A stretch of 64,000 nucleotides of DNA from an uncultured Verrucomicrobiota bacterium (GTDB lineage: Bacteria; Verrucomicrobiota; Verrucomicrobiia; Limisphaerales; AAA164-E04): NCBI GenBank assembly GCA_902560705.1, contig CACEMW010000003.1:6125-70124 (forward strand), given 5' to 3'. Under the pieces are notes generated by a model. That model was not told the DNA's origin. It worked only from the letters and a program-made list of their open reading frames with translations, and did no database searches. Of this stretch, positions 36,448-45,742 are shown one piece after another. The position numbers were made by a program, and so were the translations under genes. Each line of letters begins with the position of its first letter. Position 1 is the first letter of the stretch.

Positions 36448-37482
36448 ATGAACGCTGACTCTCAAAGCCTCCCATGCCGTGTCCGGGCATGGGGTGTCCT
36501 CCTTGGCCTTTCGATGCTCATGCTGGCTTCTTTACCCCTCCTTGCCGAGGATGGATGGGTGCACTACCCGGGCAAGGAAGGTCCGGGTAAGGGCAAGCGT
36601 ATCGTTTTCATCACGGGTGATGAGGAATATCGATCCGAGGAAGCAATGCCCATGATGGCTAAGATTCTTTCGGTTCGTCACGGGTTTGATTGTACCGTTC
36701 TCTTTGCCATGGATGATACCACCGGGACGATTGACCCCAACAACCAGACCAACATCAAGGGTATGCATTTTGTGGCAGAAGCCGATCTGGTAATGCTCTT
36801 TACCCGGTTCAGGGAATTGCCCGATGATCAGATGAAGTTTTTTGCCGATTACTTCGAGGCTGGCAAACCCATCATTGGCCTTCGTACCTCCACCCACGCG
36901 TTTTCCTACAGTCGAAACAAGCAGAGTGCCTACATCGATTATCACTGGCAAAGCAGTCGCTGGCCCGGAGGATTCGGCCAGCAGGTGTTGGGCGAAACCT
37001 GGGTCAATCATCATGGTCACCACGGACAGGAAAGCACTCGCGGTGTGATTGAAGGGCAAGCCTTCCGCCACCCTATTCTCAAGGGCGTCAAGGATATCTG
37101 GGGTCCGACCGATGTCTATGGAGTGGCGCACCTGCCTGATGACATCACGGTGCTGGTGCATGGCGTCTCCCTCGCGGGCATGCAACCAGACTCTCTGCCC
37201 AATTACGACAAGCCTTTGATGCCGGTTGCCTGGGTGCGGGAACACCCCCAGCCCCATGGAAAAAACAATCGTATTTTCTGCAGCACAATGGGTGCCGCCA
37301 CCGATCTTGAGAGCGCCGGCCTGAGACGCTTGCTGGTCAACGCCTCCTTCTGGGCCCTTGGCATGGAAAAAGATATCCCTGAAGCTAGTGAGGTAGAAAC
37401 GGTCGGTGCTTATCATCCGACCGCCTTTGGTTTCAATGGCTTTGTCAAGGGGATCAAGCCTTCTTCGCATGCGCTTCCCTGA
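36448..37482 (+). CDS. Secreted ThuA-like (class I glutamine amidotransferase-fold) protein
   Basis: Signal peptide, then KRIVFITGDEEYRSEEAMPMMAKIL...ADLVMLFTRFRELPDDQMKFFADYFEAGKPIIGLRTSTHAF. The start is taken at MNADSQ (36448). Confidence 0.5.
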   Translation: MNADSQSLPCRVRAWGVLLGLSMLMLASLPLLAEDGWVHYPGKEGPGKGKRIVFITGDEEYRSEEAMPMMAKILSVRHGFDCTVLFAMDDTTGTIDPNNQTNIKGMHFVAEADLVMLFTRFRELPDDQMKFFADYFEAGKPIIGLRTSTHAFSYSRNKQSAYIDYHWQSSRWPGGFGQQVLGETWVNHHGHHGQESTRGVIEGQAFRHPILKGVKDIWGPTDVYGVAHLPDDITVLVHGVSLAGMQPDSLPNYDKPLMPVAWVREHPQPHGKNNRIFCSTMGAATDLESAGLRRLLVNASFWALGMEKDIPEASEVETVGAYHPTAFGFNGFVKGIKPSSHALP

Positions 37483-37574
37483 AGCGACCCTGCAGATCGG
37501 TTGCGATCATGAGGTTTCAATCTTTCGCTGGTGAATGGCCTGCCCTTTGAAACCCTGATATTTCGAGCCCTTAC

Positions 37575-38545
37575 ATGACAACCGAGGCGCTGATTCTCAT
37601 CTATTGTGTGGCCATCCTCCTGGCTTCCCTGGCTGGGGGATGGATTCCTCTGATGGTGCGGCTGGCGCACACCCGGTTGGAAGTGGCATTGAGTTTTATT
37701 TCAGGACTGATGCTGGGGGTAGGGTTTCTCCATCTTTTGTCTCATGCCTTTTTCGAGCTTGGTTCCATCGATCGGGGTATTCACTGGCTCTTGGGAGGGT
37801 TTCTCTTCACCTTTTTGATCCAGCGCTTTTTCCTCCATCACATGCATGGGTTGCCGATGGATGCGGGTGCATCAGGTCAGGAGGGTAGCATCCATGCTTC
37901 TCACGACTGTGGTGGGCATGACCATGCCCATCTTCACTCCGGCGACAGTGGTGAAGGGCATGGGATTGGCAAGCGCTGGTCGTGGTTGGGGGCGGGTCTT
38001 GGGCTGACCCTTCATACCTTGATCAATGGCATGGTTCTGGCGGCCAGTATTAAGAGCGAAGTTCAGCCTCAAGAGGCGGTTGCCTGGGCTGTTTTGGTAC
38101 TTTCCTGGTCATAATGTTTCATAAACCTTTCGATGCCTGCACCATTGGAACCTTTATGTCCACGGGAGGCTGGTCGCGTGGGCAGCGTCATCTGGTCAAT
38201 GCAGGCTTTGCATTGATTATTCCGTTGGGGGTCGCTCTTTTCATAATGGGCTTTCATTCAGTGGCCGATAGCAACCACCAGTGGATCGGGTGCGCCCTGG
38301 CCTTTGCAGCGGGTACTTTTCTTTGCATTGCCTCCATTGATCTTCTGCCCGAGTTGCAATTTCACAAGCACGACCGTCTCAAACTCAGCGCGGCGCTGGC
38401 TCTGGGAATCGCCCTGGCAGTGGTCATTGGGAAGTTTGAATCCAGCGGCCATGATCACCACCACGATACGGGAGAATCCTCTTCCACAGAAGTTCCACAG
38501 AAGAGACGCATCATGGGCATGACCACGCCCACTAGAGAGCCTTGA
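37575..38545 (+). pseudogene. ZIP-family metal transporter interrupted by a frameshift (or split into two ORFs)
   Basis: ORF 37575-38114 holds TM1-4, a His-rich loop (HHMHG...HASHDCGGHDHAHLH) and the TM4 motif LHTLINGM. TM5 with its HK-P-D motif (GGCLGCFGTFLVIMFHKPFDA) and TM6-8 continue in the -1 frame, which is open from 38054 to 38545. The two ORFs meet in a TAATG overlap at 38112-38116. Confidence 0.7.
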
Positions 38546-38566
38546 ATCAGGTTGATGCGGAGGTGA

Positions 38567-38761
38567 TCAAAAGGCCTCCGGGAGATCACCCCAGTCACTC
38601 CTTCGAATGATTTCCCGAATTTTTCGGCGCTCGTAGCGGTGTTTGTGAGGTTTGTTGGCTCGGTTTTCGATTTGCCGGAAGGGGTGTTTGGTATGGTGAA
38701 CCAAGCTGAGCCAATGGGTCGTAGGTTTGATCATCGCTTTATCTTCAAAGGTTTGCGTCAA
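38567..38761 (-). CDS. Small basic hypothetical protein (64 aa)
   Basis: An ORF only, with a lysine/arginine/histidine-rich centre (KPHKHRYERRKIREIIRR). No confident family assignment. Confidence 0.3.
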   Translation of the reverse strand: MTQTFEDKAMIKPTTHWLSLVHHTKHPFRQIENRANKPHKHRYERRKIREIIRRSDWGDLPEAF

Positions 38762-38928
38762 ACATCTTCACTGATGAGCATTGACAGCGAACAGCCTATC
38801 CTGCTAACAGAACTTTCCTAGATCTTGGTTGAACCCCCTGCGTTCGCTTTTTTTAAAAATCCCTTCGGAATGGCATCTCCAAGGCTTTGGTGATTGTCAG
38901 AGGTCTGCGTCTTGACTACTTTTCGACC

Positions 38929-39402
38929 ATGAACTTTGTCCTCCATTGGTTCTTCATTTGCGTTATCGGGCTGGCGAGTTCTTTTTCGACTTGGGCTCTG
39001 GGGGCTTCCACTGAGATCCTAAAGGTCTTGCCTCACTGGCTGGATCAGCAAGGGCGTCACACCATTTCTCCCAGTCTTTTCGAGCGTGATGCCTACCAGC
39101 TGCACCTCAAGGAGCATCGTGAAGAAGTTTCCACCATCCGTTTTGATGTGAACTGGCGGTTGAAAGAGCGAGGCCTCCAAGGGTGTACGCTGCATCTTGA
39201 GGCTCGTTTTGGAAGTGAAAAGGGTATTCAAACCCTGGAGCAGAAAAGGCTCATTGAGACCGGGAAGCGCCGCAAAAAAGGATGGAGCGGTCTTCGGATT
39301 CCTGAAGCATCTTTTGACGTTCAGTCCAACTTGATTGCTTGGCGGGTACGTGTGATGCGAGGTGATGAAGTGTTGGCCACCCGCACCAGCTTTCTCTGGT
39401 AG
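38929..39402 (+). CDS. Secreted hypothetical protein
   Basis: Signal peptide MNFVLHWFFICVIGLASSFSTWALG. No recognisable motif. It lies upstream of, and co-directional with, the radical SAM gene. Confidence 0.4.
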   Translation: MNFVLHWFFICVIGLASSFSTWALGASTEILKVLPHWLDQQGRHTISPSLFERDAYQLHLKEHREEVSTIRFDVNWRLKERGLQGCTLHLEARFGSEKGIQTLEQKRLIETGKRRKKGWSGLRIPEASFDVQSNLIAWRVRVMRGDEVLATRTSFLW

Positions 39403-39518
39403 GCGAGCCCGGATCGGCTTTCCACCTGTCTGCAGATCTTTTAATGCATTCGGTATGTCCATTGATCGGGGGGATTTTCATTGCGATTCAAGGGCTTTCG
39501 TGACATAAAACTCTATTG

Positions 39519-40784
39519 ATGTTACCCCGACTCGCCATGCGCGTATTGCGCTCGACCGATCCCAAGGCCTTGTGGAAATTCTCCTGGCTTTTCGGGTTCA
39601 AAGGCATGCTTTCGGTGCAACGTTTCAAGCGAAGGGCCCAGCAAGGCGTCTATTTCCCACCATTTCTTTACCTGAGTATCCTCAACAGCTGCAATCTGCG
39701 TTGTCAGGGGTGCTGGGTGGATGTGGAATCGCCACGAGAAAGCATTGAACTGGAGCGGCTTCATCGCCTTATCAATGAGGCCAAGTCCCACGGCAACAGT
39801 TTTTTCGGGCTTCTGGGCGGCGAACCCTTCATGCACCCCCAGCTGCTGGACTTGGTGGAGCAGCAATCCGATGCCTATTTTCAGATTTTTACCAACGGTC
39901 AGTTGATCACCGACAAGGTGGCCGATCGTCTGCGGCGCGCCGGCAATGCCACCCCGCTGATCAGTATCGAAGGCCGGGAAGTGGTGAGTGATCAGCGGCG
40001 AGGAAAAAAAGACGTTTTTGCCCGCACCTTGCGAGGGCTCGATACCGCTATCCGCCATCGCCTTCTGACAGGTGTGGCCACCAGTGTGTGTCAGTCGAAC
40101 ATTCGGGATCTCCTGAACGAATCTTGGATCGATGAGCTTATTGACCGGGGGGTCCATTATGTCTGGTTTCACTCCTACCGCCCTGTCGGGCCCATGATGC
40201 ACGAAGACCTTGGACTTTCTCGTGAGCAACTGGTTGAGACCCGTCAATTCATTACGGAAATGCGTGCCAAGAAGCCTATTGGAATCGTGGATGCCTACTA
40301 TGATCATGATGGCCAGGCCCTTTGCCCCATGGCCACGGGGATCAGTCACCATGTCAATCCCAAGGGAGGGGTGGAACCCTGCCCCATCATTCAATTTGCC
40401 AATGAGTCGATCGATGATGATCGGGGTATCTACCGTACCCTGACCGAGTCTTCTTTTCTGAAGGATTTCCGAGAGACCACGGCCCGCGAAACCCGTGGCT
40501 GTGTGATGCTGGAACGGCCCGATCTGGTCGAAGACCTTGTCAAAAAGCATGCGGCCGGGGATGGCACCATTCGACAAACGGCCATGCAGGAGCTGCAGGC
40601 CATGAAACCTCGCCACAGCCAATGGCTTCCGGGAGACGAGATCCCCGAAAAGCATTGGATGTATCGGTGGGCCAAACGATTTTTTTACACCGACTTCGGC
40701 GCCTACGACCGATTGGAAAAGGTGAAACCTCTGAGTGACACAGTCGGTCAAGATGAGAAACCACAATCAACCCTCCATTCCTGA
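39519..40784 (+). CDS. Radical SAM enzyme (HpnH-like layout, no obvious SPASM tail)
   Basis: CNLRCQGC (Cx3Cx2C) preceded by FPPFLYLSILNS. GGEPF glycine-rich SAM motif. A distal cysteine pair (ALCPMATG...VEPCPII). The ATG at 39519 is preferred over the TTG at 39516. Confidence 0.85.
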   Translation: MLPRLAMRVLRSTDPKALWKFSWLFGFKGMLSVQRFKRRAQQGVYFPPFLYLSILNSCNLRCQGCWVDVESPRESIELERLHRLINEAKSHGNSFFGLLGGEPFMHPQLLDLVEQQSDAYFQIFTNGQLITDKVADRLRRAGNATPLISIEGREVVSDQRRGKKDVFARTLRGLDTAIRHRLLTGVATSVCQSNIRDLLNESWIDELIDRGVHYVWFHSYRPVGPMMHEDLGLSREQLVETRQFITEMRAKKPIGIVDAYYDHDGQALCPMATGISHHVNPKGGVEPCPIIQFANESIDDDRGIYRTLTESSFLKDFRETTARETRGCVMLERPDLVEDLVKKHAAGDGTIRQTAMQELQAMKPRHSQWLPGDEIPEKHWMYRWAKRFFYTDFGAYDRLEKVKPLSDTVGQDEKPQSTLHS

Positions 40785-40813
40785 AATGGAGTTTTTGAGA
40801 AAATACAGCTAAC

Positions 40814-42559
40814 ATGGAATTCACTGGCCAGACCGTGATGGGAGAGACCACTCTCAAGTTGCCCAAACTAACACCGCCTGCACGTTTCAGGCCTCCCAAG
40901 AGCAACTTGCCCCAGACGCCGGAAGAACGGTCGGAGATCCTGCAGCAGGTCCGTGCTTACATTGCCGAGCACCAGCCGGTGCCTCCCATGCCCATGGAAG
41001 ACATCAAGGTGCACGCCGACCGTCTGGTGGCCTCACTGGGCTGTGATCCGGTGTATCGCGATTTCATTGGCGTTCTGATGAACAACGAGATGTGGCGCGA
41101 TTCCCTAGCTGCCATCCCCTATGAGCGTCGACTCTTGCTGTTACCCAAATGCCTTCGTGTGGAAAGCAAGTGCCCGGCCCCATTCGATGAGTTTGGTCTT
41201 CTCTGCAAGCAGTGTGGATTGTGTTCGATTCAGGATCTTCAAAATGAAGCCGAGCGTTTGGGCTATGCCGTGTTGGTGGCCGAGGGGTCGGCGATTGTGA
41301 TGTCCCTGATCCAGACCGGAAAGATCGAAGCCATCGTCGGGGTCAGCTGTCTTAGCGTTCTGGAGCGCGCCTTTCCCTACATGGAGGCCGCTGCGGTGCC
41401 GGGCGTCGCCATCCCCCTGCTGCAGGATGATTGCATCGACACCACTGTCGATCTGGATTGGATCTGGGATTACATCCATCTGACCAGCGCGGATAAAAGC
41501 CTGCGATTGGATCTGGGAGCCCTTCGGGAGGAGGTTGATTTTTGTTTTTCCCCGACCTCCATGGCATTGATCATGGGTGAAGTCAAGGGACAAACCGAGG
41601 AACTGGCGCGCGAATGGCTGATGCGGGCCGGTAAGCGATGGCGTCCTTTCCTCACCGCCTCGGTGGTGCAGTCTTTGGTGGAAACATCGCAGGACGGATG
41701 GTCGGAGGATCTCAAACGCATCTGCGTGGCGGTGGAATGTTTCCACAAGGCCTCGCTGATTCATGATGACATCGAAGATGAAGACGATCAGCGTTACGGC
41801 GAACAGACCCTGCATGCCTCCCACGGGGTGGCCGTCGCTCTCAATGTCGGGGACCTTCTGGTGGGAGAGGGGTATCGACTGATCGCTGCGACCGGGCTTT
41901 CTCCGGAGCAAAAAGCTGCGATGCTTCAAGTGGCTGCCGAAGGGCATCGCCAGCTATGCCGCGGACAGGGAGCGGAGCTTTGCTGGATGCGGGATCCACA
42001 CCCCATGAAACCAGTAGAAGTGCTGGAAATTTTTCGGAGCAAGACTGCGCCAGCATTTGAAGTGGCACTTCAGATGGGGGCGATCTTTGCAGGGCTGGAT
42101 CTGCACGAAGGGGTGCGAGGCACCCTGCATGCCTATAGTGAGGCGCTGGGTATTGCCTATCAGATCCGGGATGATCTCTCCGATCACGGTGTGGGAGGTG
42201 AGACCAACGACCTGGAACAAATTCGCCCCAATCTGCCTCTGGCCGTGGCTCACGAAAAAGCCAAGGGACCCGATCGCGACGCCCTGGAGACGGCCTGGAA
42301 ACGGCAGCTCAATGGCACGGTTTCCCATCAGGATGTTGAACGCCTTTGCCGCGAGCTCAAGGCATTGGACCGATCCGAACGCCTGCTGGAGGCCTACAAG
42401 GAGGAAGCCATCCGATCGATTGCTCAGCTCGACAACCCCAGCCTGAAGGGTCTGCTTCGCCGCATGATTGGTAAGATCTTCAACGATGCTGAAATCAAGG
42501 GGTGGTGTAGTGAGGTTCATGGTGCAGGCGGCGATCAGCTTTTTGCGGAGGCTCCGTAG
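40814..42559 (+). CDS. Fusion of a DUF116-like Cys-rich domain and a trans-prenyl diphosphate synthase
   Basis: N-terminal half: RRLLLLPKCLRVESKCPAPFDEFGLLCKQCGLCSIQDL...GYAVLVAEGSAIV (DUF116 pattern). C-terminal half: FARM LIHDDIEDEDDQRYG and SARM YQIRDDLSD. Confidence 0.75.
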   Translation: MEFTGQTVMGETTLKLPKLTPPARFRPPKSNLPQTPEERSEILQQVRAYIAEHQPVPPMPMEDIKVHADRLVASLGCDPVYRDFIGVLMNNEMWRDSLAAIPYERRLLLLPKCLRVESKCPAPFDEFGLLCKQCGLCSIQDLQNEAERLGYAVLVAEGSAIVMSLIQTGKIEAIVGVSCLSVLERAFPYMEAAAVPGVAIPLLQDDCIDTTVDLDWIWDYIHLTSADKSLRLDLGALREEVDFCFSPTSMALIMGEVKGQTEELAREWLMRAGKRWRPFLTASVVQSLVETSQDGWSEDLKRICVAVECFHKASLIHDDIEDEDDQRYGEQTLHASHGVAVALNVGDLLVGEGYRLIAATGLSPEQKAAMLQVAAEGHRQLCRGQGAELCWMRDPHPMKPVEVLEIFRSKTAPAFEVALQMGAIFAGLDLHEGVRGTLHAYSEALGIAYQIRDDLSDHGVGGETNDLEQIRPNLPLAVAHEKAKGPDRDALETAWKRQLNGTVSHQDVERLCRELKALDRSERLLEAYKEEAIRSIAQLDNPSLKGLLRRMIGKIFNDAEIKGWCSEVHGAGGDQLFAEAP

Positions 42560-42581
42560 TCTCTGCACTACGCCCCTGTCC

Positions 42582-43883
42582 ATGCCCATGGATTTGTCCC
42601 GGACTTCTCGAATATCTCAGATATCTCGAATTGCTCGGAGGGGATGGTCGCTTACCTTCCTTCAGGCCGGCTGCTGGATGGTGGGGGCATTGCTGGTGTT
42701 TTTGAGCCCCAGGGGCCATTCCCTCCTGGCCCAACCTCAAGCTTCTGCCTTGCCGCCTTCGCCGGTGGTTTTCTCCCGCACCGAGAAGCTGGATCCGCCC
42801 ATCACATGCGTCCCGCTAGCGGAGGGCCTGTCTTGGGATCGCCCCGTGTGGATGACGCCCATCCCCGGGCATGAGGGCCAGTGGGTGGTATTGGAGCACC
42901 GTAGTGGCAAGGCCTGGCGTCTGAATCTCGCCGATCAAGCCGCGCCCCTCAAGAGCCTCTTTGGTGACTTTAGTGCTGCCGTCAGTGACGGACCTTGGGA
43001 AGGCTTGATGTGTCTGGCCTTTCATCCGGAGTTTTCCACCAACCGACGCTACTTCCTCAAACATGAGACCTTGAGGCAAGAGCAGCGGTGGACCGTCCTC
43101 CGGGAACACCGGGCCAGTCAGGATGGCTTGCGGGATTCTGGCCAATCGCCCCGAGAACTTTGTGCGATGGCACAGCCTGCAGACAACCACAATGGTGGGA
43201 CGCTCGCCTTTGGCCCGGACGGCATGCTCTACTTTGCCATGGGGGATGGGGGGCCGCAGGAAGACCCTGAGGGTCACTCCCAGAATTTGAACAGCTGGTT
43301 GGGGAAGATGCACCGCTTGGATGTGGATCATGTAGAGCCTGGGATGGCCTATGGGATCCCCCCTGACAATCCACATGCGGGCAGTCAGGATCCACACCTG
43401 CGCCGGGAGATCTTTGCTGTAGGCCTGAGGGAGCCCTGGCGCTTTTCCTTCGATCGACTCACGGGCGATTGCTGGGTAGGGGACGTGGGACAGGGGAAGT
43501 ATGAGGAGGTGACGGTGGTCGGCCGGGGAGAAAACCATGGGTGGAACGTTTACGAAGGATTTGAATCTTTTTCGGAGCAATACCGCCAGCCCGATCATCG
43601 CTACACCTGGCCGGTCTTTGTTTACGGTCGTCGTCTGGGAAACTCAATTACCGGAGGTTATGTCTACCGGGGAGATGTCCACTCTGACTACTACGGGGCT
43701 TATATTTGCGGGGACTACACCACGCGTCGGCTCTGGGCTTTGTGGACAGAAGAAGGTCGCCTGCAGAAGGTGCTCCAAATCGCAGTATCTCCCTCGCCGG
43801 TGGCCTCCTTTGCCGAGGCACTCGACGGGAGTCTTTGCCTCGTGGGGTATGATGGAAAGCTTTACCGGCTGGCCTTGCCCTGA
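42582..43883 (+). CDS. PQQ-dependent sugar dehydrogenase-type (sGDH/sorbosone dehydrogenase) beta-propeller protein
   Basis: HNGGTLAFGPDGMLYFAMGDGG, GLREPWRFSFD, VGDVGQGKYEEV, NHGWNVYEG and ITGGYVYRG. N-terminal signal anchor. The start is taken at 42582. Confidence 0.85.
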   Translation: MPMDLSRTSRISQISRIARRGWSLTFLQAGCWMVGALLVFLSPRGHSLLAQPQASALPPSPVVFSRTEKLDPPITCVPLAEGLSWDRPVWMTPIPGHEGQWVVLEHRSGKAWRLNLADQAAPLKSLFGDFSAAVSDGPWEGLMCLAFHPEFSTNRRYFLKHETLRQEQRWTVLREHRASQDGLRDSGQSPRELCAMAQPADNHNGGTLAFGPDGMLYFAMGDGGPQEDPEGHSQNLNSWLGKMHRLDVDHVEPGMAYGIPPDNPHAGSQDPHLRREIFAVGLREPWRFSFDRLTGDCWVGDVGQGKYEEVTVVGRGENHGWNVYEGFESFSEQYRQPDHRYTWPVFVYGRRLGNSITGGYVYRGDVHSDYYGAYICGDYTTRRLWALWTEEGRLQKVLQIAVSPSPVASFAEALDGSLCLVGYDGKLYRLALP

Positions 43884-43921
43884 GGCTCTCTTGAAACTGG
43901 TAAGCGACCAAGGAATGGTTT

Positions 43922-45742
43922 TCAGCGAATGCCGCTTGCCTCCAGTTCCCGAATCTCCGCTTCCCACTTTGTTCGCTCAGTTTCAGAGACTTCCGGGTCG
44001 CGCAGTAAACTGCGCCGGCTGCAGTGCACCAGAGCCTGCAATGTCTGGTAGTGCCGGGTGGTTGCAATGGCGGCAGGCAGGTGGTCGTGCACCACTTCCA
44101 GAATGGCATCCATCTCCAGCGCCTCAGCCTTGCGCAGCAGTTGTCGCGCCTTGAGCTCCGAACGCAGGGAAGCCATTGCCGCAGCAGACAGATCCCCGAT
44201 TTCTGTGAGCAGATGCTCCAGCTCATCGGGTTTGAGCTTGCGCCCCAATACCGGCTGGATCACCCATTCCAGAAAGGCTTGGCGATCTTCGTTCTCCGGA
44301 TCGAGCACCGGGATGATGAGATCTCCCACGCGGCCAGGGCGACGCAAGTCGGGCGAGAGCTGGTGAATACGTGCGGTGATCAGCAGCCAGAATACCCTGC
44401 CTCTCAGGCGTGGGTCGGACATCATGGCCTGGATCTTGCCGGTGAGACGACGTTCGGTTTCGTGTGCATTCGGGCCAATGGCGCCGAACTGTGTGTCAGC
44501 CTCATCCACAAAAATCAGCACCTTGGAAAGGGCTTCCAGAACGCGTCGAAGTCGCTCGAAAATGACATCGGTTTGACCAAACCACTGACTCCGCAGGTTC
44601 TTTAGCACTAGCACCACCATGTCCATTTCGGTAGCGACGGCTTCAAAGATGAAGGTTTTGCCGCTACCGATCGGGCCACAAACCGCGGCCCCGGGCAGTG
44701 AAGCCTTGCCACCCATCTTGAAGCGTGGGATGAGCTCCTGGTTGAGGAAACCCTTGAGCTTGGTAAAGCCCACCACGTCCTTGAGACGATGTTCGGGTTT
44801 CTTGAATTCCACCACTGAATCCCCCAGCTGGCTTTGAATGAAGGACTCCACCTTGGCCACTACATCGACAGGCTGGAGCTTTTCCTTCCCATGGATGGCC
44901 CCTTTGAGGAGTTGCAGCAGGGCCTGCAGCGAGAGCCCTGCGGTCAAGGCTGCCAGCTGGCTTTGACTGCTCCAGAGCTTGAGTTCCTCACCATGGCTCA
45001 AGTGGCGGTTGAACCAGGAGATGAAGTGCTTGCGGATAGCTTCATCGGGTGAAGGAATTTCGCTCTCCAGCAAGTAAGGCAATTTGGCGATGCGGTGGTG
45101 GATCTGACTGCGCGATTCAGCCAGAAGGATCACCGCATCTCCGGAACGAAGGAAGTCCTGATCACTGAACCAATCCTGACAAATGGTCACGCGCCGGCGG
45201 TCCATGTCTCCCATCTGAGCGATGGGTGCTTCCGGTAGGATCAGGTCGGCTCCCTCAATTAGAATCAACAGATTGGCTTTCAGGCTGGGCTTGGAACCTT
45301 GTCGGGAACGCGAGCAGAGACACATCTGGCGGAGCATTTCCAACGCCAGGGTAGGATTGCCAATGGCTTCCTGCAAGTGGCGCTCAAAGCTCTCGGCGAT
45401 GGCTTTTTCGTCATCCACTGCGCCTTTATGAAGCATCCGCTGGATAGCCATCTGTTCGTTGTTCAGTCCGCTGCGCCAGCCTACCCAGGCCTTTTTCATG
45501 GCCTCGCGGTGCGAGGGATGCAGGAAGCGAATGGGGCCATTGAGTTCATAGACCAACAGCATGAAGTTGGGTAGATCCCAATGATGCAGCAAGAAAGGAA
45601 GCAGCGAGACGTAGTCCTCTTCATCCTCTTTTTTCTGATAGAAGAGGTCGTGAATGTTTCCGGTCAACAACACCGTGCGGGTCTGGCCGGCATTGAGCAT
45701 CCGGCCGGCGGCCTTGAGAAAAGGGGGGGCTTGCTGACTCAT
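43922..45742 (-). CDS. Classical-clade AAA ATPase with a degenerate N-terminal AAA-like domain
   Basis: C-terminal module: Walker A GPIGSGKT, Walker B LIFVDEAD, second region of homology ARIHQLSPDLRRPGRVGDLI. N-terminal module: TRTVLLTGNIHD and LLILIEGADLILPE in place of the Walker motifs. ATGA overlap with the upstream ABC ATPase gene. Confidence 0.85.
   Translation of the reverse strand: MSQQAPPFLKAAGRMLNAGQTRTVLLTGNIHDLFYQKKEDEEDYVSLLPFLLHHWDLPNFMLLVYELNGPIRFLHPSHREAMKKAWVGWRSGLNNEQMAIQRMLHKGAVDDEKAIAESFERHLQEAIGNPTLALEMLRQMCLCSRSRQGSKPSLKANLLILIEGADLILPEAPIAQMGDMDRRRVTICQDWFSDQDFLRSGDAVILLAESRSQIHHRIAKLPYLLESEIPSPDEAIRKHFISWFNRHLSHGEELKLWSSQSQLAALTAGLSLQALLQLLKGAIHGKEKLQPVDVVAKVESFIQSQLGDSVVEFKKPEHRLKDVVGFTKLKGFLNQELIPRFKMGGKASLPGAAVCGPIGSGKTFIFEAVATEMDMVVLVLKNLRSQWFGQTDVIFERLRRVLEALSKVLIFVDEADTQFGAIGPNAHETERRLTGKIQAMMSDPRLRGRVFWLLITARIHQLSPDLRRPGRVGDLIIPVLDPENEDRQAFLEWVIQPVLGRKLKPDELEHLLTEIGDLSAAAMASLRSELKARQLLRKAEALEMDAILEVVHDHLPAAIATTRHYQTLQALVHCSRRSLLRDPEVSETERTKWEAEIRELEASGIR

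Noticed and set aside
38558-38761. Small basic ORF considered as an ArfA-like ribosome rescue factor, with a hairpin (CGGAGG...CCTCCG) spanning its stop codon
   Set aside because: The resemblance to ArfA (HPFRQIENR... versus PLFRQRVEK...) is loose, the KGKGSY motif is missing, and the stem is only 6 bp. That is far too short for the RNase III mechanism known for arfA. It is kept only as a low-confidence hypothetical CDS.
39522-40766. 414-aa antisense ORF spanning almost the whole radical SAM gene. Similar long antisense ORFs occur at 20823-21659, 36532-37470, 41141-41947, 42816-43598, 48332-49072 and 52274-53734.
   Set aside because: In each case the opposite strand carries a gene with clear family motifs (Cx3Cx2C, ThrRS, ThuA-like, prenyl synthase, sGDH, BNR, A2M). 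The antisense products are low-complexity Gly/Arg/Pro-rich. Stop-free antisense frames are a common by-product of codon bias in moderately high-GC genomes.
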